Of a DNA stretch of 64,000 nucleotides, positions 57,761 to 64,000 are shown one piece after another. The notes under the pieces are model-generated. The model was given only the letters and a program-made list of their open reading frames with translations. It did not search any database and was not told the origin of the DNA. The translations under genes and the position numbers were made by a program. Numbering within the stretch: position 1 is the first letter of the stretch; each line of letters begins with the position of its first letter. Origin of the DNA: Vulcanimicrobiota bacterium (lineage in GTDB: Bacteria > Vulcanimicrobiota > Vulcanimicrobiia > Vulcanimicrobiales > Vulcanimicrobiaceae); contig CAWGMX010000003.1 of assembly GCA_963823795.1 (NCBI GenBank), forward strand, positions 317,180-381,179, written 5' to 3'.

Positions 57761-58953
57761 ATCTTCAACAATCCGGTCTCCTTTCCAACCTCTTCAAATG
57801 CCGCAAGCGCCCGATCCATCTCGTCTTTGGTTAGCGCGGCACTGATCTGCACGCGAATACGCGCCGTTCCCTCCGGCACGACCGGATAGCCGAAGCCGGT
57901 AACAAAGACGCCGGCTTTCAACAGCTTGTCGCTGACCGCGATGGCAAAGGCCGTCTCGCCGACGATGATCGGAACGATTGCGCTCTCGCTGTCGAGCGGG
58001 TTGTAGCCGATGCGTTTGAGCCCGTCGCGGAAGTATCGCGTGTTCCCACGCAGTCTTTCGACCAGCTCGGGATGCGACTCGAGATACTCGATCGCTGCGA
58101 GCGAACTGCAGCCGACCGTCGCCGGCAAGGCGTTGGAGAAAAGCTGCGGCCGCGAACGCTGGATGAGGGTATCGACCAAGGCGCTGCTGCCGGCGACAAA
58201 ACCGCCGGCCGCGCCGCCGAGCGCCTTGCCCAGCGTTCCCGTAATCATGTCGATCTTTCCCGTCAAACCATAATGCTCGATCGTCCCACGCCCGGTCTTG
58301 CCCATGACGCCGGTACCATGCGAATCGTCAACGACCGTGATCGCGCCGTACTTTCGCGCTAGCTCGACGATCTCGGGAAGCTTGGCGAGATCGCCCTCCA
58401 TCGAGAAGACGCCGTCGGTGACGATCACGATCGGGAAGCAATCGGCGACGCTTTGCAGCTTCTCTTCCAGCTCGCGCATGTTGCTATGCTTGAAACGCTC
58501 CCGCCTCGCTTTTGAGGCCAGCCGGACGCCGTCGATAATCGAGGCATGGTTCAGCTCGTCGGAGATAATCGCCGAGCCCGCGTCGCAGATCGTCGCGAAC
58601 AGCCCGGTGTTCGCGTTCCAGCAAGAGACGTACGAGAGCGACGCCTGCGTACCTAAAAACTCCGCAATCCGCTCCTCGAGCACCCGGTGAATCGAGAACG
58701 TTCCACAGATGAAGCGCACCGATGCGGTTCCCGCGCCGAATTCGTCGAGCCCGCGTTTTCCCGCCTCGACGACCTCGGGCAGGTCGGCGAGACCCAAGTA
58801 GTTGTTGCTCGAGAGCACGATGACGTCCCCGGCCTCTTCCATATGGACTTCCGCGGCCATCGGCGTCGTCAGATGGCGCAGGTGCTTGTACGTGCCGGCC
58901 TTTTTGAGCGCATCCAGATCGGTTTGCAACTTCGCTTCGAACGCCTGATTCAT
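57757..58953 (-). CDS. kbl: Glycine C-acetyltransferase (2-amino-3-ketobutyrate CoA ligase)
   Basis: 398 aa: SNNYLGL, DDSHGTGV and GTLGKALGG (PLP lysine region). Overlaps the tdh stop. Confidence 0.9.
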   Translation of the reverse strand: MNQAFEAKLQTDLDALKKAGTYKHLRHLTTPMAAEVHMEEAGDVIVLSSNNYLGLADLPEVVEAGKRGLDEFGAGTASVRFICGTFSIHRVLEERIAEFLGTQASLSYVSCWNANTGLFATICDAGSAIISDELNHASIIDGVRLASKARRERFKHSNMRELEEKLQSVADCFPIVIVTDGVFSMEGDLAKLPEIVELARKYGAITVVDDSHGTGVMGKTGRGTIEHYGLTGKIDMITGTLGKALGGAAGGFVAGSSALVDTLIQRSRPQLFSNALPATVGCSSLAAIEYLESHPELVERLRGNTRYFRDGLKRIGYNPLDSESAIVPIIVGETAFAIAVSDKLLKAGVFVTGFGYPVVPEGTARIRVQISAALTKDEMDRALAAFEEVGKETGLLKI

Positions 58954-60011
58954 GATGTCGTGCCTACTCCTTTGAAATCCAAAACGATCTTGGCGGCTTC
59001 GCCTTTACGCATCAACTCGAATGCGCGGTCGAACTCGCGATACGGCAGCACGTGCGTGATGATCTCCCGCAGATCCACTCGGCCGCTCTTCACCAGCGCC
59101 TCGGTCTGATACCAGGTTTCGAACATGCGCCGGCCGTTGATGCCGAGCACGGTCAGCCCCTTGAAGATGATGCGCTCGGCGAGATTGAGGTTGACGCTAT
59201 CGGACGGAATGCCGAGCAGCGCGGCCGTTCCCCCATTGCGCACGAGCTGGAGACCCAGGTCGATCGCGGCGCCGCTTCCCGACATCTCGAGCAAGACGTC
59301 GACGCCGTCACCGCGGGTACGCCGCTTGATTTCGTCGACGAGATCGGGCCGGCTCGAAAGAAACGTGGCATCCGCGCCAAGGCGTTGCGCAAGTTCGAGC
59401 TTTGCGGGATTGACGTCGATGGCATAGACGAAGCTCGCCCCCGCCGCACGCGCGACCGGTATCGCCATCAGCCCGATCGATCCGACGCCGGTGATGGCAA
59501 CGCTCTTGACGCTGACGCCCGCCGCCATGACCGTGTGCACCGCATTGCCGAGGGGATCGAAGACGGCGGCATATTCGTCCGGAATCGCCGGATCGAGCCG
59601 CCAGACGTTGTACTCCGGAATCGAGATGTACTCGGCGAATGCGCCGTCGCGATCGACGCCGATGATTTTGACACGCTCGCAGATGTGAGCGTTACCGGTC
59701 CGGCAGAGAAGGCAGGTGAGATCGGCGATATGACCTTCGGCCGAAACGCGCTCCCCGACGCGGACCGACGTCACGGCATCGCCGATTGCGGCGACGGTGC
59801 CCATGAACTCGTGGCCGACAACGAGCGGCGGCTTGATGCGGTGCTGCGCCCACGCGTCCCACGAATAGATATGATAATCGGTACCGCAGAGGCCGGCCTT
59901 CTCGACCTTAATCAGCACGTCGGTCGGGCCGATCGAGGGTATCGGCACCTCGGCCAATGTAAAACCGGGCCCGAGGCCCGGTTTCACCAGCGCCATCATT
60001 GTCGAAGCCAT
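58950..60011 (-). CDS. tdh: L-threonine 3-dehydrogenase
   Basis: 353 aa zinc-ADH fold: GLCGTDYHIY, GHEFMG and GVGSIGLMA. Confidence 0.9.
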   Translation of the reverse strand: MASTMMALVKPGLGPGFTLAEVPIPSIGPTDVLIKVEKAGLCGTDYHIYSWDAWAQHRIKPPLVVGHEFMGTVAAIGDAVTSVRVGERVSAEGHIADLTCLLCRTGNAHICERVKIIGVDRDGAFAEYISIPEYNVWRLDPAIPDEYAAVFDPLGNAVHTVMAAGVSVKSVAITGVGSIGLMAIPVARAAGASFVYAIDVNPAKLELAQRLGADATFLSSRPDLVDEIKRRTRGDGVDVLLEMSGSGAAIDLGLQLVRNGGTAALLGIPSDSVNLNLAERIIFKGLTVLGINGRRMFETWYQTEALVKSGRVDLREIITHVLPYREFDRAFELMRKGEAAKIVLDFKGVGTTS

Positions 60012-60055
60012 GACGGCGCTGGTATTTCACTCGAACGCGCGGGAACCCCCGCCCG

Positions 60056-60837
60056 CTAGAAGTCGTACTCCAGTTGGACCCGGTTGTATTTGAAGAGCGG
60101 CAAGCCGCCGAACTCCGATGCGCCCAACGTCGAGCCCGATGGGCAGTCCGTCGCGGCAGCACCGCAGTAGGTGTTGGAAAGCGTCCGGTAGATGTAGCGG
60201 TCGCGAATCGACAAGCCGCGATACGGTCCGTGGGCCGGCATATGGCTGAAACGGTAGCGTCCGTCGAGCACCCAGGTGTTGGTGTTCTCCGGCCCCAACG
60301 CGTTGCCGTAGTTGTACCACGCGTCGGTTGCGATCCAGACCCATTTCGTGTTGGACGTCGTGTACTGCAGACCCGCTTTGAACGACGAGCCGGCAGCGCG
60401 CCGGTCGGCCATGCCTTGCGTCACGTTGGTCGTGAAGAGCGGATCGCTGTCGTAGTTATCCGTGTACGGACTGGCCCAGCCGCCGTACTCGATCTGCGTC
60501 CGGCCGGTGCTCGCACTCGTAGAGCACTGAGCGGCGTTGAGCGGAAGGAAGTAGCCCAACGTCACGCCGCTGGTGCTGATTTGATTGTTGGAGCTGCTGC
60601 AGGTCACGCCTTTGGGCAGATAGATGCTGTCGGTCTTCCACGGAATCTGATCGTAACCGGCGGCAAACTGTAGTCCGGGAAGTGGGTCTAATCCGATCTG
60701 GGCGCCGAAGACTTGACTGTCGACTTTGCCGATGAACGATTGGCCGGAGTTGCTCTCCGTGCCGCCTTGCAGAGCGATGTATGGCGCCCACCTACCGGCA
60801 AACGTATACTTTCCATCGCCCCACCATTGGTTGACCA
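60056..60837 (-). repeat. 782-bp near-identical direct repeat (partner at 63219-64000)
   Basis: Base-by-base comparison of the first ~300 nt shows only scattered substitutions (about 98% identity). Identity begins exactly at the stop codon, and the downstream flanks differ. Confidence 0.85.
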
Positions 60838-62200
60838 AATCGCTCACGTTGTAGAAATAGCCGTTGACCGCGATGCCCTCACCCGAGGGATTGGCATAGC
60901 CCAGCTTGGCGTAGGTAAAGCCGTTGGTATTGATGCCTTGACCGCCCGGAACCACGATGTTGGGAGCCATGCCGTTGTTGCCCGAGGGGAAACTCGTAAG
61001 CAGCGTCTGCCGGCTAAAGGTCGAGCTGGTCCGGTTTTCATAGGCCAGCATATCGGCACCCTCGACCGTCCAACCGCTGGGACTGGTATAGCCCAGATCG
61101 CCGCCTAAAAACGACGCCGGTTTGAGACGCGAATCGGCCGGGTTGGCCCACGGCGAGTTGAACAACTGGTTGCCCAGCGTTCCGTCCCAGCCGTTAGCCC
61201 GGTACTTTAGATACGCTTCGTCAAACGTGCTTAGCGTATAAGGCGGCAGCGTCTCGTCCTGATTGGTGCCGGGTGGAATCTGCGAGACGCAGAGGCCGCC
61301 CTTGGCATTGTTGGCCGCGACGATGCACGGACCGGTTGGGGCGATGGAATAGAAGTAGGTGCCGCCCACGATCCAGCCGCTGTCGGGAAAATCCCATTCG
61401 GCGTGCGGCGCGAGCCCGTTGCTCCAACTCTCTTGATTGACGCCGTTGGAGTTGTACTTGGCGCCGGGCGAAAAGTTGAACTGAGCGCCCGGATTATTCG
61501 AAGCGTTCTGCCGCGTGAAGTAATACGAACGGACGTAGCCGCCCAGCTTGAGCGGATTGGGCGTCGGCGGGGGCGGCGGCGGTGGCGCAACCGTCTCTTC
61601 GGGTACCGGCGGCGGAGCCGGAGCCTCCGTCGGCGGCGGCTCACCGACAACGTACCGCACGACCGCCAAATGACGATCCGGTATCCATTGCACGTAGGCG
61701 CCCATGCCCTCGGAAAGCACGCGCACGGGCACGAGAACGTCTCCGTTGTACACGATCGGTGGCACGTCGAGCGGACGCGCTTCCCCGTTAACCACGACGA
61801 CCGGCTTACCGACCGTCACGCTCATCGTCGCCCCCGGCTTGGTTACCGTCGCGGTTTTGCTGGCCGGATCATAGCTCACCGTCGCGCCCATCTGCTCGAA
61901 CATCGAACGCAAGGGGACGAAAAGCTCGCCATTTCTGACGAGACCGGCCAAGACGCGACCCTGCTTGAGCACGTCGGGTTTGGTATAGACGTGATGGTCG
62001 TTATAGAGAATCGGAATCTGGCCCGACGGAGGCGAACCGAAGTTTGCTGCGGAGCTCGCCTGCGCCACTGGTGTTGCCTGCGTTTCCGCCAGTGCGTACG
62101 ACGTGCTCCCCAGAACGATTGCCGCCGCCAAAGCCAAGAGCGGAAGGGCCCTCCGGACGGCGGCCCGGGTTTCCAATAGGGGAAGTAGCATGGTAATCAT
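60056..62200 (-). CDS. Outer-membrane beta-barrel protein with N-terminal copper-amine-oxidase-N-like domain and Pro-rich linker
   Basis: 714 aa with a signal peptide. The stalk-like domain is PILYNDHHVY...LFVPLRSMFEQMGATVSYDPASKTATV...VNGEARPLDVPPIVYNGDVLVPVRVLSEGMGAYVQW. The linker is PPPTEAPAPPPVPEETVAPPPPPPPTPNP. An aromatic-rich barrel follows, ending in YNRVQLEYDF. Confidence 0.7.
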   Translation of the reverse strand: MITMLLPLLETRAAVRRALPLLALAAAIVLGSTSYALAETQATPVAQASSAANFGSPPSGQIPILYNDHHVYTKPDVLKQGRVLAGLVRNGELFVPLRSMFEQMGATVSYDPASKTATVTKPGATMSVTVGKPVVVVNGEARPLDVPPIVYNGDVLVPVRVLSEGMGAYVQWIPDRHLAVVRYVVGEPPPTEAPAPPPVPEETVAPPPPPPPTPNPLKLGGYVRSYYFTRQNASNNPGAQFNFSPGAKYNSNGVNQESWSNGLAPHAEWDFPDSGWIVGGTYFYSIAPTGPCIVAANNAKGGLCVSQIPPGTNQDETLPPYTLSTFDEAYLKYRANGWDGTLGNQLFNSPWANPADSRLKPASFLGGDLGYTSPSGWTVEGADMLAYENRTSSTFSRQTLLTSFPSGNNGMAPNIVVPGGQGINTNGFTYAKLGYANPSGEGIAVNGYFYNVSDLVNQWWGDGKYTFAGRWAPYIALQGGTESNSGQSFIGKVDSQVFGAQIGLDPLPGLQFAAGYDQIPWKTDSIYLPKGVTCSSSNNQISTSGVTLGYFLPLNAAQCSTSASTGRTQIEYGGWASPYTDNYDSDPLFTTNVTQGMADRRAAGSSFKAGLQYTTSNTKWVWIATDAWYNYGNALGPENTNTWVLDGRYRFSHMPAHGPYRGLSIRDRYIYRTLSNTYCGAAATDCPSGSTLGASEFGGLPLFKYNRVQLEYDF

Positions 62201-62340
62201 CCTCCAAGAAAAAGATGGCTTGGGTCATCTTTTCCGCCCTAGCGAAGATGACCTTGGTTACTTTCTCTCATTTTCCACACGCCAAAAGCGGCCCAAACGG
62301 CCAAGGGCGACGCCTGGGAAGCGGCTCGAGGATCAGCGCT

Positions 62341-63165
62341 TCAGCCGAGCCTGGAACGCGGCCCAGTCCGCCGGCAAGGAGGTCCCCGGCGCCTCGGCCT
62401 GGTCCGTGGCGAGCCCGTAGAGGCGAGGTAGGCATCCCCGGTTAGCCGCGCCACCTCGCTGCCGTCGTCAAAGTCGTCGGGCTCAAAGACGCTGTGCCGC
62501 AGGCTCGCATCTAAGAAGCCGGAGACGAAGCGCTCGATCTCGGGAGAGCCGGCCTCGAACGGAAGTGCCAGCCGGCGGCCGATCCGTTCGAGTTGGGCGC
62601 GCGAATCCCGCATCAAGAGGTCGTAATCCACGACGACGAACGGCTTGCCGATCACGTCGCCGAAGAACGGCACCATGTACACGAGCCATAACCGGTAGGC
62701 TGTATCCGCGTCCATCGCCTGGCGCGCAAAGAGTGAGGCGGCAACGCTTCGCGGATTTCGAATCGCTACCACATAGAAGTCATCGACCTCGCAGTCGCGC
62801 AAAGCGCGTTGCCAGAACGGCAGCAGGCGAATCGTACGCGGGTCTTTGAAGCCCCACAGCGGCGCCGAAGTAAACGTCCGGTTCAAATAGCGGATCGCAT
62901 CGCGCCGCAGCGCTCGAACGCGGCGTCGCTCAAACGCCCGGCGATCGACGGGCGACGTATCGTCCCACGTGAGTCCGAGAGCCCCCAGGAGCCGTTCGTT
63001 GAGCGCGACGATCCCTTTGTCTTCCCAATATCCGGTTGGATTCTCGGGCTGCGCGTCGAGGAAGTCGTCGCCGAGGTAGACGCCGAGCGCCCCAAGCCCG
63101 CGCGCGATTGCGCTGGTGCCGCTTCGATGCATCCCGAGCAGCAATACGGCCCGCGAGGTTGACAT
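62341..63165 (-). CDS. Sulfotransferase-family protein
   Basis: 274 aa. LLLGMHRSGTSAIARGL is the PAPS 5'-phosphosulfate-binding loop type. The last ~35 residues are Arg/Pro-rich and may be out of frame. Confidence 0.65.
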   Translation of the reverse strand: MSTSRAVLLLGMHRSGTSAIARGLGALGVYLGDDFLDAQPENPTGYWEDKGIVALNERLLGALGLTWDDTSPVDRRAFERRRVRALRRDAIRYLNRTFTSAPLWGFKDPRTIRLLPFWQRALRDCEVDDFYVVAIRNPRSVAASLFARQAMDADTAYRLWLVYMVPFFGDVIGKPFVVVDYDLLMRDSRAQLERIGRRLALPFEAGSPEIERFVSGFLDASLRHSVFEPDDFDDGSEVARLTGDAYLASTGSPRTRPRRRGPPCRRTGPRSRLG

Positions 63166-63218
63166 TTCCCTATTCTAGCGGGAAAGCGGGCCGAATGCGC
63201 TCGGCCCGCTGGATGGCG

Positions 63219-64000
63219 CTAGAAGTCGTACTCGAGTTGGAGCCGGTTGTATTTGAAGAGCGGCAAGCCGCCGAACTCCGATGCGCCCAACGTCGAGCCC
63301 GATGGGCAGTCCGTCGCGGCAGCACCGCAGTAGGTGTTGGAAAGCGTCCGGTAGATGTAGCGGTCGCGAATCGACAAGCCGCGATACGGTCCGTGGGCCG
63401 GCATATGGCTGAAACGGTAGCGTCCGTCGAGCACCCAGATGTTGGTGTTCTCCGGCCCCAACGCGTTGCCGTAGTTGTACCACGCGTCGCTTGCGATCCA
63501 GACCCACTTCGTGTTGGACGTCGTGTACTGCAGACCCGCTTTGAACGACGAGCCGGCAGCGCGCCGGTCGGCCATGCCTTGCGTCACGTTGGTCGTGAAG
63601 AGCGGATCGCTGTCGTAGTTATCAGTATACGGACTGGCCCAGCCGCCGTACTCGATCTGCGTCCGGCCAGTGCTCGCACTCGTAGAGCACTGGGCGGCGT
63701 TGAGCGGAAGGAAGTAGCCCAACGTGACGCCGCTGGTACTGATTTGATTGTTGGAGCTGCTGCAGGTCACGCCTTTGGGCAGATAGATACTGTCGGTCTT
63801 CCACGGAATCTGATCGTAACCGGCGGCAAACTGTAGTCCGGGAAGCGGATTTAATCCGATCTGGGCGCCGAAGACTTGGCTGTCGACCTTGCCGACGAAC
63901 GATTGGCCGGAGTTGCTCTCCGTGCCGCCTTGCACTGCGATGTACGGCGCCCACCTACCGGCAAACGTATACTTTCCATCGCCCCACCATTGGTTGACCA
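63219..64000 (-). CDS. Paralogue of the 60056-62200 outer-membrane protein (C-terminal part; gene continues past the window edge)
   Basis: Colinear with 60056-60837 without indels. 5 differences in the 238 listed residues. Ends in YNRLQLEYDF. Confidence 0.7.
   Translation of the reverse strand, partial: VNQWWGDGKYTFAGRWAPYIAVQGGTESNSGQSFVGKVDSQVFGAQIGLNPLPGLQFAAGYDQIPWKTDSIYLPKGVTCSSSNNQISTSGVTLGYFLPLNAAQCSTSASTGRTQIEYGGWASPYTDNYDSDPLFTTNVTQGMADRRAAGSSFKAGLQYTTSNTKWVWIASDAWYNYGNALGPENTNIWVLDGRYRFSHMPAHGPYRGLSIRDRYIYRTLSNTYCGAAATDCPSGSTLGASEFGGLPLFKYNRLQLEYDF

Noticed and set aside
62341-62450. Arg/Pro-rich C-terminal ~35 residues of the sulfotransferase as a real basic tail.
   Set aside because: The composition changes abruptly to high-GC off-frame style (GSPRTRPRRRGPPCRRTGPRSRLG), so a frameshift or wrong stop is more likely. 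I cannot locate the correct frame with confidence, so the ORF coordinates were left as listed.

Overview
This is a high-GC bacterial chromosome segment, not computed but roughly 60-65% by eye. The organism is diderm: there is an outer-membrane barrel ending in ...EYDF, a chaperone-usher operon and many lipobox lipoproteins. I found no rRNA genes and no CRISPR array.

Layout:
(1) 1-6 kb is housekeeping: etfBA and an M61 peptidase.
(2) 6-21 kb is a surface and accessory block. It holds a Csu/SCPU-type chaperone-usher pilus operon bracketed by two NHL-repeat lipoprotein paralogues with conserved promoters. It also holds an orphan Flp pilin that is missing from the ORF track, and a FecR-like gene with a Ser/Tyr/Arg/Gly low-complexity tail.
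(3) 21.3-38.0 kb is the most unusual part, a composite integration hotspot. It is delimited by four direct copies of a ~48-bp core that contains a tRNA-like T-arm plus acceptor 3' strand.
- Only the rightmost unit (28.1-38.0 kb) keeps integrase and excisionase. It carries an AbiEi/AbiEii toxin-antitoxin pair, a truncated SNF2 helicase, an ImmA/IrrE remnant and a cassette of uncharacterised secreted proteins.
- The middle unit is only a cyclase-STAND-TPR gene broken by a dozen or more frameshifts.
- The left unit carries an ECF sigma module.
- The core next to the integrase abuts about 310 nt of structured non-coding sequence that I could not assign to tRNA or tmRNA.
(4) 38.7-60 kb is a housekeeping backbone: ppx, S1-domain protein, ftsB-like, accA/accD, rsmE, dnaJ, hrcA, acs, an ECF sigma/anti-sigma pair, dinG-like, rhomboid, mntR/dtxR-like, add, initiator tRNA-fMet, aldo-keto reductase, PPK2 and kbl-tdh. 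A small lower-GC wHTH plus nucleotidyltransferase/zinc-ribbon module sits next to the tRNA.
(5) 60-64 kb holds two ~98% identical copies of an outer-membrane protein 3' region flanking a sulfotransferase gene.

Several otherwise good genes carry single frameshifts, so assembly indels and real pseudogenisation need to be separated. All calls come from reading the supplied translations and the DNA by eye. No database searches were run.
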